Origin: Deltaproteobacteria bacterium
GTDB lineage: Bacteria > Desulfobacterota > Desulfomonilia > UBA1062
Length of the DNA stretch: 64,000 bases
NCBI GenBank assembly: GCA_029547185.1
Contig: JAKPPU010000034.1
Location: 58,780 to 122,779, forward strand
Direction of reading: 5' to 3'
The position numbers and the translations under genes were made by a program. The notes below the pieces were generated by a model. It was not told where the DNA came from, searched no databases, and saw nothing but the letters and a program-made list of their open reading frames with translations. Shown piece after piece: positions 38,162 to 48,198 of this stretch. How positions within the stretch are numbered: the first letter of the stretch is position 1; the number at the start of each line of letters is the position of its first letter.

Positions 38162-39700
38162 TCATTCCCATTCTATCGTGCTGGGCGGCTTCGAGCTGAC
38201 GTCATAGACAACCCGGTTCACGCCCTTCACCTCATTGATGATCCTCGTCGATATCCGCGCCAGGACCTCGTAAGGAACCTTCACCCAGTCTGCCGTCATG
38301 CCGTCCATGCTCGAAACCGCCCGGATCGCGATCACGTTCGCATAGGTCCGCTCGTCGCCCATGACGCCCACGCTCTTGACCGGAAGCAGGACGGCGAACG
38401 ACTGCCAGACGTCGCCGTAGCCTTCCCACTTCCTGATCTCCTCCTGCACGCGGATGTCCGCCTGCTGGAGAATGGCCACGTTCTCGGCAGTCACCTCACC
38501 GAGGATCCTCACGGCAAGCCCCGGGCCGGGAAAGGGCTGCCTCTGCACGAGGCTGTCGGGAAGGCCCAGCTCCCTGCCCACGACCCTCACCTCGTCCTTG
38601 AACAGCTCCTTCAAAGGCTCGATGAGCGTGAACCTCAAGTCTTCGGGCAGCCCGCCCACGTTATGATGGCTCTTGATAGTGGCGGACGGCCCTCCCTTGG
38701 CAGACCTGCTCTCGATGATATCCGGATACAGGGTCCCCTGGGCGAGGAAATCAGCACCGCCGATGCGCCGGGCCTCTTCCGAGAACACGTCGATGAAGGT
38801 CTTCCCGATCGCCTTTCTCTTCTGCTCAGGGTCGGTGACGCCTTTCAAGGCATCGAGAAACCGCTTCCCGGCATCGACGACATCGATGTTGAGAGGATAT
38901 TCACGGGTGAATAACCTTCGTATCTCGTCCACTTCTCCGGCACGAAGGACTCCGTTGTCCACAAAGATGGCCGTCATCCGGCTCCCGATGGCGCGGTGGA
39001 TGAGGGCTGCAACCACTGCCGAATCCACACCGCCGGAGAGCCCGCAAATCACCCTGCCGTCTCCTACCGTTTTCCTGATATTTTCGACGGCTTCCTCGAT
39101 GAATCCCGCCATGGTCCAGCCGCCCTTGCAGCGCGCGATCCTGAAGAGGAAATTCCTGAGGATCTCCTTGCCGCGCGGCGTATGGACGACCTCGGGATGG
39201 AACTGGACGCCGTAGAGGCCCCTCTGTGTATCGCCCATGGAGGCCACCGGGCAGGCATCCGTGCTCGCGAGGACCTTGAACCCCTGCGGCACCTCGGTGA
39301 CGTGGTCGCCGTGGCTCATCCAGACATCGATCTTCCTGCCCAGGTGTGAAAAGAAGTCGCCGTCTTCATGAATGTCGATGGAGGCAGGCCCGTACTCGCC
39401 GCCTCTGCCCCTCTCGAGGGAGCCTCCCAGGAGCTTGGCAAGGAGCTGCATGCCGTAGCAGATGCCGAGGACCGGGACCCCTGCACCGATCAGGGCAGGG
39501 TCCATGCCGGGGTGGCCTTCATCCATGACAGAGCTCGGCCCCCCGGAAAGGACGATCGCCTTGGGCCTGATTTTCCTGAGTTCTGCGAGCGTTATCTCAT
39601 GGGGGAGTATCTCGCAGTACACCCCGCACTCCCTGATACGGCGGGCAATGAGCTGGGCATACTGGGAACCGAAATCGAGGACGGCCACGGTCTCACGCAT
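38162..39700 (-). CDS. guaA: GMP synthase (glutamine-hydrolysing)
   Basis: 512 aa. GATase Cys in GICYGMQL, a P-loop SGGVDSAV, and the C-terminal ending IEWE. Confidence 0.95.
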   Translation of the reverse strand: MRETVAVLDFGSQYAQLIARRIRECGVYCEILPHEITLAELRKIRPKAIVLSGGPSSVMDEGHPGMDPALIGAGVPVLGICYGMQLLAKLLGGSLERGRGGEYGPASIDIHEDGDFFSHLGRKIDVWMSHGDHVTEVPQGFKVLASTDACPVASMGDTQRGLYGVQFHPEVVHTPRGKEILRNFLFRIARCKGGWTMAGFIEEAVENIRKTVGDGRVICGLSGGVDSAVVAALIHRAIGSRMTAIFVDNGVLRAGEVDEIRRLFTREYPLNIDVVDAGKRFLDALKGVTDPEQKRKAIGKTFIDVFSEEARRIGGADFLAQGTLYPDIIESRSAKGGPSATIKSHHNVGGLPEDLRFTLIEPLKELFKDEVRVVGRELGLPDSLVQRQPFPGPGLAVRILGEVTAENVAILQQADIRVQEEIRKWEGYGDVWQSFAVLLPVKSVGVMGDERTYANVIAIRAVSSMDGMTADWVKVPYEVLARISTRIINEVKGVNRVVYDVSSKPPSTIEWE

Positions 39701-39780
39701 GGTAGTTCACCTCAAACTCGCAGGGAAAAAACGGGCAAGGATACAGCCGGAGAACGTCTTTCGTTCTCGAAGACACCGGC

Positions 39781-40599
39781 CTAAAAAACAAGGGTGCCGG
39801 TAAAGATGAAGGAGACTTCTCCGGTGAGCCATATATCGTGGTATTCTCCATTGCTGTTCGTAAAATCTATCTTCAGGTTTCCGCCGGGCATGCTCACAAG
39901 GACAGAGGAATGGGGTACGTTCCCTGTCGCATGGCTTAAGATGGCCGATGCGATCGCCCCCGTGCCGCAGGCCAGGGTTTCGGCCTCGACGCCGCGCTCA
40001 TAGGTGCGCACCCGGATCTTCTCGCTGCCGGATACCTCGACAAAATCCACATTGGTCCCTGCGGGCGAGAAGTGGGGATGGTTCCGGATCTTTCTCCCGA
40101 GGGCATCCACCGGGGCGGCGTCGAGGTTTTTCGTAAACAGGATCGTATGGGGGACCCCGGTATTGACGAAGTGCACGACTTCGTTCCTCGCGTCGACCTC
40201 GATCCCGATGCCTGTTTTGAGTTCTTTGGGCTGCGTGACCTTTATGGAGACGTCCTCAGGATTCACCTTTGCCTCGACGATCCCTGCCAGGGTGTGAAAC
40301 CGCATGTCATTGCCCGCGAGACCGTGCCTGACCGCGAACGCTGCCGCACACCTGGCTCCGTTGCCGCACATCTCGGCCTCGCTCCCGTCCGCATTGAAGA
40401 TCCGGTAGTCGAAGTCGGCCGAGCTGCTCGGGGACAGAACCAGAACGCCGTCGACGCCCACACCCGTCCTCCGGGGGCAGTATCTGCGGGCAAATTCGGA
40501 CCAGTCCACATTGAGGGTGCGATGAAAGGCATCGATGACGATGAAATCATTCCCGGTGCCCGACATCTTGGTGAAGTCTATGGTACGGATGCTTCTCAT
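39781..40599 (-). CDS. dapF: diaminopimelate epimerase
   Basis: 272 aa. FTKMSGTGNDFIVID, with catalytic Cys residues in MCGNGARC and ETLACGTG. Confidence 0.92.
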   Translation of the reverse strand: MRSIRTIDFTKMSGTGNDFIVIDAFHRTLNVDWSEFARRYCPRRTGVGVDGVLVLSPSSSADFDYRIFNADGSEAEMCGNGARCAAAFAVRHGLAGNDMRFHTLAGIVEAKVNPEDVSIKVTQPKELKTGIGIEVDARNEVVHFVNTGVPHTILFTKNLDAAPVDALGRKIRNHPHFSPAGTNVDFVEVSGSEKIRVRTYERGVEAETLACGTGAIASAILSHATGNVPHSSVLVSMPGGNLKIDFTNSNGEYHDIWLTGEVSFIFTGTLVF

Positions 40600-40782
40600 T
40601 CGCGTTCAGAATCCTCGCAAGCTAAAAGACGGAATGCAGATCACGCTTTCGGTTGTGTCTGCCACAGAGTGTGCATGCATTAACAGACTCTCATTTTGAA
40701 GTCAAGAACATTGGCCCGGATTCAGGCATATTGCGGCTTTGCGGGAATGGATAAGGAAACGCAGGGAGCGTCTTGCCGACCC

Positions 40783-42009
40783 TCAGGCAGAGAGGGCCTG
40801 ACCTATCCGCTCGGTCGCCTCCTCGACGCTCTCGAGGTCGTTGAATGCGCTGATCCTCACATACCCCTGCCCGCATCTGCCGAAACCTGCGCCGGGCGTG
40901 CACACCACACCTGCCTTCTCAAGGAGGAGATCGAAGAACTCCCAGGAATCTCTCCGCGCGTTCACCCAGATGTACGGGGAGTTGTCGCCCCCCGTGCATT
41001 CATACCCGAGATCGATCATCTTCCTGCGGATGTGCCGGGCATTGTTCAAATAATAATCGATGAGGCTTTTTACCTGCTCTTTGCCTTCCGCGGTGTAGAC
41101 TGCCTCGGCCGCCCTCTGGACGGGATAGGACACGCCGTTGAACTTCGTCGTCTGCCGCCTGTTCCACAAGCCGTGAAGCCCGATTTTCTCGCCGGATGAG
41201 GTATAGGTGCAGCAGTCTTTGGGTATGACGGTGAACGCGCACCTCGTGCCGGTGAAGCCCGCCGTCTTCGAAAAGCTCCTGAACTCGACGGCCACTTCCC
41301 TCGCGCCTTCGATCTCGAAGATGGTGCGGGGCAGGGCGTCATCCCGGATGAAGACCTCATAGGCGGCGTCGTAGAGGATGAGGGCCTTGCTCTCCCGGGC
41401 GTACTCCACCCATTGAGCAAGGCGGTCCTTTGTAATGGTTGCCCCTGTCGGATTGTTCGGGAAACACAGGTAGATGAGGTCGACCCTCTCCTCGGGGATA
41501 TCGGGGACAAAGGCATTTTCCGCCGTGCACTCGAGGTAGACGATGTTCTCATATCTGCCGTCGCTTACATGCCCTGTCCTCCCGGCCATGACATTCGTAT
41601 CGAGATAGACGGGATACACCGGGTCGGGGATCGCCACCCTGATGTCTTTCGCAAAGAGCTCCTGGATGTTGGCCGTATCGCACTTGGCCCCGTCAGAGAC
41701 GAAGATCTCATCGGGCGATACGTCTGCGCCGCGCGAGCAGTAATCGTTTTGCGCAACGGCCTCTCTGAGGAAGGCGTATCCCTGCTCGGGCCCGTATCCT
41801 TTGAAGGTATCTTTGACGGCCATCTCATCCACTGCCTTGTGGAGGGCCTCGATGCACACCTTCGGAAGAGGCAGCGTGACATCTCCGATTCCGAGCTTGA
41901 TCACCTTCCTGCCGGGATTCTGGCTCTGAAAAGAGGCAACGCGCTTCGCGATCTCGGAGAAGAGGTACGACGACTTGAGCTTCAGGTAGTTCTCGTTGAC
42001 CTTTATCAT
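40783..42009 (-). CDS. dapL: LL-diaminopimelate aminotransferase
   Basis: [24 protein letters not shown] is the characteristic DapL N-terminus. PLP lysine region [12 protein letters not shown]. The start is set at the internal ATG 42009; the track ORF starts at 42075. Confidence 0.9.
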   Translation of the reverse strand: MIKVNENYLKLKSSYLFSEIAKRVASFQSQNPGRKVIKLGIGDVTLPLPKVCIEALHKAVDEMAVKDTFKGYGPEQGYAFLREAVAQNDYCSRGADVSPDEIFVSDGAKCDTANIQELFAKDIRVAIPDPVYPVYLDTNVMAGRTGHVSDGRYENIVYLECTAENAFVPDIPEERVDLIYLCFPNNPTGATITKDRLAQWVEYARESKALILYDAAYEVFIRDDALPRTIFEIEGAREVAVEFRSFSKTAGFTGTRCAFTVIPKDCCTYTSSGEKIGLHGLWNRRQTTKFNGVSYPVQRAAEAVYTAEGKEQVKSLIDYYLNNARHIRRKMIDLGYECTGGDNSPYIWVNARRDSWEFFDLLLEKAGVVCTPGAGFGRCGQGYVRISAFNDLESVEEATERIGQALSA

Positions 42010-42198
42010 GCCCTGGTATCCTGCCTTGCTGATTGATTTACCCCTTCTCGGGGCGAATTTCGGACTATCTAACACAGGTGATTGCTTATAGGGAATTCTT
42101 TTCTCATCCGTACGTCATCCCTCCGGCATGGTGTGTATGCTCATGCCTTTGCTGCGAAGGAGTGCGCTCGATCACAATCGTAAAGAATTATTTAAAAG

Positions 42199-42594
42199 GT
42201 GACGAATAATATCACACCAAGAAGGTGTGGAGTATATGTGAAGAAAGACCTGCGGAAACACACGAGAAAGTTACTGAGGATCGAGGCACGATACCAGGAT
42301 TTCGAGGATAATGTCCTCAAAGGGACAGTGCGCAACATCAGCCTCGGTGGTGTGTATGTCGAGACGCCGAACCCGCTGGACCTGAATCTGGCGATACGCT
42401 TGAGCCTGGATGCCGTCGATCTCGGAAAGGTCATCGACGTCTATGGCATTGTGGTGAGAGTAGATCGGGGAAAAGGCATGGGGATCGAGTTCCAGGACAA
42501 ACAGAACCACGATATCAAGCTCCTCCTGAGCATTCTGAGGAAACTCGATCAGGCCTCCCTTCTGGCACTGAGCAGGTCAGGCCTTAGCGACTGA
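42199..42594 (+). CDS. PilZ domain protein
   Basis: RKHTR (RxxxR) and NISLGG (D/NxSxxG) motifs are both present. The exact start is uncertain (GTG at 42199 or a later GTG). Confidence 0.8.
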   Translation: MTNNITPRRCGVYVKKDLRKHTRKLLRIEARYQDFEDNVLKGTVRNISLGGVYVETPNPLDLNLAIRLSLDAVDLGKVIDVYGIVVRVDRGKGMGIEFQDKQNHDIKLLLSILRKLDQASLLALSRSGLSD

Positions 42595-42623
42595 ACGCCT
42601 TTTCTCCTGTAGTTTCCAACATA

Positions 42624-42655
42624 AGGGGGCATCCCTGGATCAAGGGATGCCCCTT
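42624..42655. terminator. strong GC-rich hairpin between convergent genes
   Basis: GGGGCATCCCT (42626-36) pairs with AGGGATGCCCC (42643-53), a perfect 11-bp stem with a 6-nt loop, extendable by A:T and G:T pairs. It lies between the PilZ stop (42594) and the stop of the minus-strand gene (42664). Confidence 0.55.
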
Positions 42656-42663
42656 CATGCATT

Positions 42664-43392
42664 CTAGAGGTCTCCGAGAAGCCTTTTCGCCCATTTGCTG
42701 TAGTAGGTCTTGGGAGAAAGGGCGGTCTTTTCGAGCAGGGCTTTTGCCTCATCTTTGTTCTTGGTGTCTATGAGGACCTCTGCGAGATAAACCTGGCCTT
42801 CTGCATCGTTCGGGAACAGCTTGTGGTATTCCTTCAGGTAGTCGAGAGATTTTTGCTTGTCATTCATGGGCCAGGGCAGGACATACCAGTATCTGCCCAG
42901 GGCTTTGATCGGTCCGCCGTCATGATACATCTTATCGATGGCATAGGATTTCTCGAAGCTCGCCTGGGTCTTGTCCTTGAGTCCCTCCCTCAGAGCGGTG
43001 AGGACGCTCACGCCGTCAGCGTAATTCCCCACACAGCACCCATACCAGAAATTTCCCTCGATCTTGTTCGGCTGCAGGGCGATGGCCCTTTCACCATATT
43101 TCATGCCGATCTTCGCATATTTCTTACAGATACCCTGCCAGTCGTCTGCTTCCTGCTCTTTCGACTGGTTGCAGTACTCCCGATACGCATGGCACGCCTT
43201 CCATGCGGCCTCATAGCTGGCCGGATTCGCATCCGAGGCCTTTGCATACATGTCCGCTGCTTTCAGGAAATTCTCCGTGCCTCCCTGTTTGACAAGGGCG
43301 TCTGCCCCGGCCAGCGATCCTTCGGCAATGAGATACTGGGGAAATGACAGGACAGCGAGGAAGAAGAAAAACCCTAATAAAACCCTCCTCAT
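42664..43392 (-). CDS. secreted helical-repeat (TPR-like) protein
   Basis: Signal peptide MRRVLLGFFFFLAVLSFPQYLIAEG from the internal ATG at 43392, then helical repeats rich in A/Y/K. A TatT-like assignment is only a recollection-level guess. Confidence 0.6.
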   Translation of the reverse strand: MRRVLLGFFFFLAVLSFPQYLIAEGSLAGADALVKQGGTENFLKAADMYAKASDANPASYEAAWKACHAYREYCNQSKEQEADDWQGICKKYAKIGMKYGERAIALQPNKIEGNFWYGCCVGNYADGVSVLTALREGLKDKTQASFEKSYAIDKMYHDGGPIKALGRYWYVLPWPMNDKQKSLDYLKEYHKLFPNDAEGQVYLAEVLIDTKNKDEAKALLEKTALSPKTYYSKWAKRLLGDL

Positions 43393-43497
43393 GTATTGTG
43401 CCCTCCTTGAGATTAAAATATTTAAGTCTATAAAAATAGTATGAGAATCTTGCAGGTTCTCAAGTGAAGCGGAGGACACGGACAGCCATTAACCGCG

Positions 43498-44031
43498 ATG
43501 GATCCTGACAGAAGATTACCGCAGAGCGATTCAGAGCAGCTGCATCCGCCGGGAGAGTGCCAAGCAGAAGGGGAAGATAACGACAGAGGACTTCTTTTTA
43601 TCCGGGAATCATTCTTTTTCTGCTTGCCAAACTTCAAGAAAAGGCGTACCAGCAAAGCGATGCCGCAGGGAGATCCCTTGTCTCATATTCGGAATATGAA
43701 AGGGATGGCGGAAAAACTGCCTCTGATCCGACTCAAGCACCTCCCATTCCAAAACGATACTGCCCACAAAGCTGCGACCGGGAATCCTCTTGTCGTCCGG
43801 TCACTCGGAGAAAACGACACCAGGCAGCGGACAGAGCCTATCAGGATCAATTACACGAGCCATACCGGGAAAGCGAGCTTCGGAACCGATCAGATGGTGT
43901 CCTATGCATCGGTCATCCATGAGCTGGCGTACGGCAGAATCGGTGCAGAGACCCGGCAGAACGCCCCTGGAGGGATCGATTATCCGGCTCTCAAGAAATA
44001 CCTGCATCACAACCTCGACATATTCGTGTGA
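43498..44031 (+). CDS. hypothetical protein (doubtful ORF)
   Basis: The only long ORF in the 650-nt gap upstream of the HDAC-like gene. The N-terminal third looks non-protein-like. The C-terminal part (MKGMAEKLPLIRLKH...HELAYGR...) is more plausible. No family recognised. Confidence 0.25.
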   Translation: MDPDRRLPQSDSEQLHPPGECQAEGEDNDRGLLFIRESFFFCLPNFKKRRTSKAMPQGDPLSHIRNMKGMAEKLPLIRLKHLPFQNDTAHKAATGNPLVVRSLGENDTRQRTEPIRINYTSHTGKASFGTDQMVSYASVIHELAYGRIGAETRQNAPGGIDYPALKKYLHHNLDIFV

Positions 44032-44049
44032 CGGACTGGAATTATTGCG

Positions 44050-45066
44050 ATGATCGGGATCGTTTCAGACATCATGTTCATGAACCACGATACGGGCGAC
44101 TATCATCCCGAGTGCCCGCTCAGGATCCAGTACCTTCACTCCCTGTTCGCAGGCAATGACGACCGGCAGATCCTGCTCGTGGACCCGGTGGCTGCATCCG
44201 CGGAAGATGTCATGCTCAATCATGGCAGGAGCTACGTCGAGATGATATCGCAGACCTCCCGGTCGGGTTCCCTCGTGGACCTGGACCCGGACACGGTATG
44301 CTCATCGGAATCGTACGATGTCGCCCTATGTGCTGCAGGTTCGCTCATGGAGCTCACAAAGATGGCGATCGACGGCAGGATCGACTCGGGTTTCGCCTGC
44401 GTGAGGCCGCCCGGGCACCACGCGAGAAGAGACGACGCCATGGGCTTCTGCCTTTTCAACAATGTTGCGGTCGCCGCACACAAGGCAATCAGGGATTTCG
44501 GCGTGGGGAAGGTGGCCATCATCGATTTCGACGTCCATCACGGAAACGGCACCCAGGAGAGCTTCTATTCGGACAACCGGGTGCTCTATTTTTCCACCCA
44601 CCAGTACCCCTTCTATCCCGGCACCGGTGCGGTCTCCGAGACAGGGAGTGGCGAGGGGACAGGGTACACCGTGAACTGCCCGATGCGAGGCGGAAGAAGC
44701 GACGGGCATTACATGGCCGTGTACCTTTACATTCTCAAACCCCTGATCGAGGCTTTCGAGCCCGGGCTCATCCTGGTATCAGCCGGGTTCGACGCCCATG
44801 CAAAAGATCCCATCGGCGGGATGCATGTGAGCTCCGAGTGCTTCGGCGCGATTGCGGCAGTCATCGGAGATGCTGCGGAAGAAGTAGGAGCCCCGGTGAT
44901 TTATTCCCTGGAGGGAGGCTACGACCTTCACGCCCTGAAAGACTCCGTACACCACGTGGTAAGAGTGCTCAAGGGGGACCCGGCGGCCGTCATCGAGCCC
45001 ACCGCTTTCCCGGAGATGGAGTCATTCATAAAAGCTCATGCCCATATGTGGCCTTTAGGCGTATAG
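44050..45066 (+). CDS. histone deacetylase family protein (acetoin utilisation/acetylpolyamine amidohydrolase-like)
   Basis: 338 aa. RPPGHHA, the Zn ligands in DFDVHHGNGTQ, and the EGGY motif. Confidence 0.9.
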   Translation: MIGIVSDIMFMNHDTGDYHPECPLRIQYLHSLFAGNDDRQILLVDPVAASAEDVMLNHGRSYVEMISQTSRSGSLVDLDPDTVCSSESYDVALCAAGSLMELTKMAIDGRIDSGFACVRPPGHHARRDDAMGFCLFNNVAVAAHKAIRDFGVGKVAIIDFDVHHGNGTQESFYSDNRVLYFSTHQYPFYPGTGAVSETGSGEGTGYTVNCPMRGGRSDGHYMAVYLYILKPLIEAFEPGLILVSAGFDAHAKDPIGGMHVSSECFGAIAAVIGDAAEEVGAPVIYSLEGGYDLHALKDSVHHVVRVLKGDPAAVIEPTAFPEMESFIKAHAHMWPLGV

Positions 45067-45115
45067 GGCTCAGATAAAGTTTAAGTTTATCTTACCATCT
45101 GCCGAAAGGCCGAGT

Positions 45116-45847
45116 ATGCTGGAATCGAATACCATCGAGGCAGTGTCGGTCAAAGAATACCGGTCCGGAGAGGCCATCGTTCGCGAGGGAGATTCGAACG
45201 AATTCTTCTACGCGATCCTTCAGGGAGAGGTGCAGATATACCAGATGGAGAAACCCATCCGCATCCTCACCGACAAGGACGTGTTCGGGCTTGAGAACTA
45301 CTATCGCGGCATCCCCTACAGCACCACGGCAAAGGCGACAAAGAATTCCCGTATCGCGACCTACAAGTCCGACTACATAGAAGACATCGTATACTCCAAG
45401 CCGGGGCTCGTGGTCATGATCCTGAGGTCGGTCTATCTCCAGCTCGAGCAGACCACGTCCGTCGCAGAATCCAACATCCCCTACAGCGAGGTCATCAATC
45501 TCGATGTAAGAGAGTATGGCGACGGCGACATCATCATCGAAGACGGCACGTACGGCACCGAAGTCTACAAGCTCTGCCAGACCGAACAGGGGCTCGAGGT
45601 GCTGAAGAAGGACGTCAGGGTCGGCATGATCACAAAGCCCGGAGAGTACTTCGGCGAGATGAGCTTCATCCTTAACGAGCCCAGGAGCGCCACGATCCGC
45701 TCGGTCGGGAGAAGCGTGGTCGAGGTCATCCCGGTGCAGGATGGAAACCTCGAGAGGCTCATCAGCGAGAATCCCGAGGTTGCCAACCGGATCATCACCA
45801 CCCTTGCCGAGAGGCTCAAGAAGGCAAACCTCCTCATCGCCAAGTAA
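45116..45847 (+). CDS. protein with tandem cyclic-nucleotide-binding domains
   Basis: 243 aa. Two cNMP-binding-like units (GDSNEFFYAILQGEV...FGLENYY and GEYFGEMSFILNEPRSATIRS). Confidence 0.8.
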   Translation: MLESNTIEAVSVKEYRSGEAIVREGDSNEFFYAILQGEVQIYQMEKPIRILTDKDVFGLENYYRGIPYSTTAKATKNSRIATYKSDYIEDIVYSKPGLVVMILRSVYLQLEQTTSVAESNIPYSEVINLDVREYGDGDIIIEDGTYGTEVYKLCQTEQGLEVLKKDVRVGMITKPGEYFGEMSFILNEPRSATIRSVGRSVVEVIPVQDGNLERLISENPEVANRIITTLAERLKKANLLIAK

Positions 45848-45962
45848 ACACGTATCAGCACCAATATCAGGACCTGAAAAAGGCGATCCATTCAGAGTGA
45901 AGCAGAGGTACGCACACCCTGGTGGAATAAAGAAAATCATTTGAATTTCCGAACATTCCCCT

Positions 45963-47348
45963 ATGGAAGTTTATTGGCTTGGGGGCTCTCCACCCGATCT
46001 GCCCGGAATAAAGCAAACCGGCACCCTTGACGGAATACCGGAAGACGGCTTTGTATTCATCGAGGACACGAGCGGCATCGAGTGGAAATCGATTCATTCC
46101 CGGAGGGTGTACCTCGTTTCGGACCTCCCTGTACCGGCGCCCCTGCCCGCACAGGTCGTCGGCGTAATCCCGAGAGATGCCGGGGCCATTGACGCCATCG
46201 TTACGCTGTGCACCGAGATGGTCGAGTCGTACGATCTCGGCGACAGGCTCATCGGATCATTGAACGAAAAAGAGCTCGCCGTCCACGGGACGCAGAAGGC
46301 CCTGCTTCGTGACGGCAAGCGTTACAGGGCCATTATCAGAAATGCGACAGACCTCATCTTCACGCTGGACCCTGCCGGAAAGATCACCTTCAGCAACGAG
46401 ACCATGAAGAGGTATCTCGGGGACGGCCGGGAATCGCTCATCGGCAGCGCCCTCACGGATTTCGTCGTGGATGGGGACAGGCGTCCGGTAGCCGAGATGA
46501 TCGGGAAGGGCTTTCAGAAGGGGGTCCCCTCGAAGATCGAGGCAAGGCTGCACCTGGCGAAGGGCGATACGGGGATATTCTCCCTCATGAGCACGCCGCT
46601 CAGGGAAGACGGACACATCTACGCCCTCTCCGTGATCGGAAGGGATATCACGGACATCCGCTCCATGCAGCACAGGCTCTCCCTGCAGGCAAAGGACCTC
46701 ACCCTCATGATAAACGGGCTGTCCCACGAGCTGCGGAACCCTCTGACGGTCATCGGCGCATACATGAGGAGGATCGAAAAGAAGGAAAAGGGCATGCATG
46801 CGGATTCGTTCGCTTCAGCGCTTTCGGGCATCTACTCATCCATCCGGAGGATCGAAGAGATGATTGAGAGGACCGAGCGCTATGAGGCCATCGCGAACAT
46901 GAAGGTCGAATACCGAGAGGTGAATATCCGCAGGCTCGTCATGGAGATGATCGAGTCGCTGCCGGGCCACATCGATGCCGCCATAGAGGGAGACCTCGAG
47001 GTTGCGGCTTTCAGCGATGAAAGGCACATCAGGGATGCCTTCCAGAGGATCGTCGAAAATGCGATCGAGACCGGTTCCGAAAGGATCGAGATCCGGCTCG
47101 AGCACCGCGACGGGTACGCCTACGTATCGATCCGGGACTACGGGCCGGGTATCGAGGGTGATGCCGAGACGCTCTTCGCCCCCTTCTACTCGACGGACCC
47201 CGTGAAGGTCGGACTCGGCCTGGCCGAGGCCAGAATCGCCATGGCCAAGATCGGCTCATCCATCGAGGTTGTGCCCCAAGCATGCCCGGGGGCCATATTC
47301 ATCCTGAAGATCCTCCTCGACAGGAGAAACGTCTTCAGGAGCGAATAG
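45963..47348 (+). CDS. cytoplasmic PAS-domain sensor histidine kinase
   Basis: 461 aa. PAS segment (YRAIIRNATDLIFTLDPAGKITFSN), H-box SHELRNPLT, and N/G boxes (ENAIETG, DYGPGIE). No TM segment and no adjacent response regulator. Confidence 0.85.
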   Translation: MEVYWLGGSPPDLPGIKQTGTLDGIPEDGFVFIEDTSGIEWKSIHSRRVYLVSDLPVPAPLPAQVVGVIPRDAGAIDAIVTLCTEMVESYDLGDRLIGSLNEKELAVHGTQKALLRDGKRYRAIIRNATDLIFTLDPAGKITFSNETMKRYLGDGRESLIGSALTDFVVDGDRRPVAEMIGKGFQKGVPSKIEARLHLAKGDTGIFSLMSTPLREDGHIYALSVIGRDITDIRSMQHRLSLQAKDLTLMINGLSHELRNPLTVIGAYMRRIEKKEKGMHADSFASALSGIYSSIRRIEEMIERTERYEAIANMKVEYREVNIRRLVMEMIESLPGHIDAAIEGDLEVAAFSDERHIRDAFQRIVENAIETGSERIEIRLEHRDGYAYVSIRDYGPGIEGDAETLFAPFYSTDPVKVGLGLAEARIAMAKIGSSIEVVPQACPGAIFILKILLDRRNVFRSE

Positions 47349-47417
47349 GCTTTACTTCCTCCGCCTCTTTCGTAATTATATCTGAAAAACAAAAGATTCA
47401 TTTGAAAAGGAGGGCGC

Positions 47418-48110
47418 ATGGGAGCTGCGGAACTGATCCACGAGGGAATCTACCTGACGGGAGGCTCTTCCCTCTCGCACTTCCAGGATGCCGCCTCGTT
47501 CATCATCGATTGCGGAAGCGAGCTCGTCATGATCGACTCCGGGGCAGGCAAGGGCTCTAAAGCCATCGAGAAGAACATCAGGGACATCCCTTGCGATCCT
47601 TCACGGATCTCCTCCCTCATCCTGACCCACTGCCATGTGGACCACATCGGGTCGGCAAAATATTTCCACGATGCCTTCGGGTGCAGAATCGTGGCTCACG
47701 ACCTCGATGCCGCTGCAATAGAGACCGGCAACCCTCTCGTAACGGCGGCATCGTGGTACGGAACGAGGCTGCCCGAAACCCCGGTCGACGTCCGACTCCA
47801 CGGCGATCATGGAGCCCTGCATGCGGGAAGCGATGAGCTGCACTGGATCCATACCCCCGGGCACACCCCGGGCTCCATCTCTCTCTACCTCGACCGGCAG
47901 GGGAAGCGCGTCCTCTTCGGTCAGGACATCCACGGCCCCTTCAGCGACGATTTCAACTCGGACATAGGCCTATGGAGGGAGTCCATGGAAAGGCTCATCG
48001 CGCTCGAGGCAGATATCCTCTGCGAAGGCCACTTCGGCATCTTCTCGGGCAAAAGCCGCGTCGAGAGGTATATCAGGGGATATCTCGACCAGTATGCAGG
48101 CGAATACTGA
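47418..48110 (+). CDS. MBL-fold metallo-hydrolase
   Basis: 230 aa. The THCHVDH motif, with later HTPGH and His/Asp ligands. Confidence 0.88.
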   Translation: MGAAELIHEGIYLTGGSSLSHFQDAASFIIDCGSELVMIDSGAGKGSKAIEKNIRDIPCDPSRISSLILTHCHVDHIGSAKYFHDAFGCRIVAHDLDAAAIETGNPLVTAASWYGTRLPETPVDVRLHGDHGALHAGSDELHWIHTPGHTPGSISLYLDRQGKRVLFGQDIHGPFSDDFNSDIGLWRESMERLIALEADILCEGHFGIFSGKSRVERYIRGYLDQYAGEY

Positions 48111-48198
48111 CAGCTCTTCCCGCCTGGAAGCCGGTTCCGGGTGCCTCGCCCCGTGAGTTCAGGCCGAGAGCGGAGGCAGCAGGATAGGCATCCGCATC

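Noticed and set aside
42010-42198. A lysine riboswitch (L-box) upstream of dapL
   Set aside because: I read the 189-nt leader on the minus strand and saw only a short GGCATG...CATGCC hairpin. Nothing resembles the multi-helix L-box core. A covariance-model scan would be decisive.
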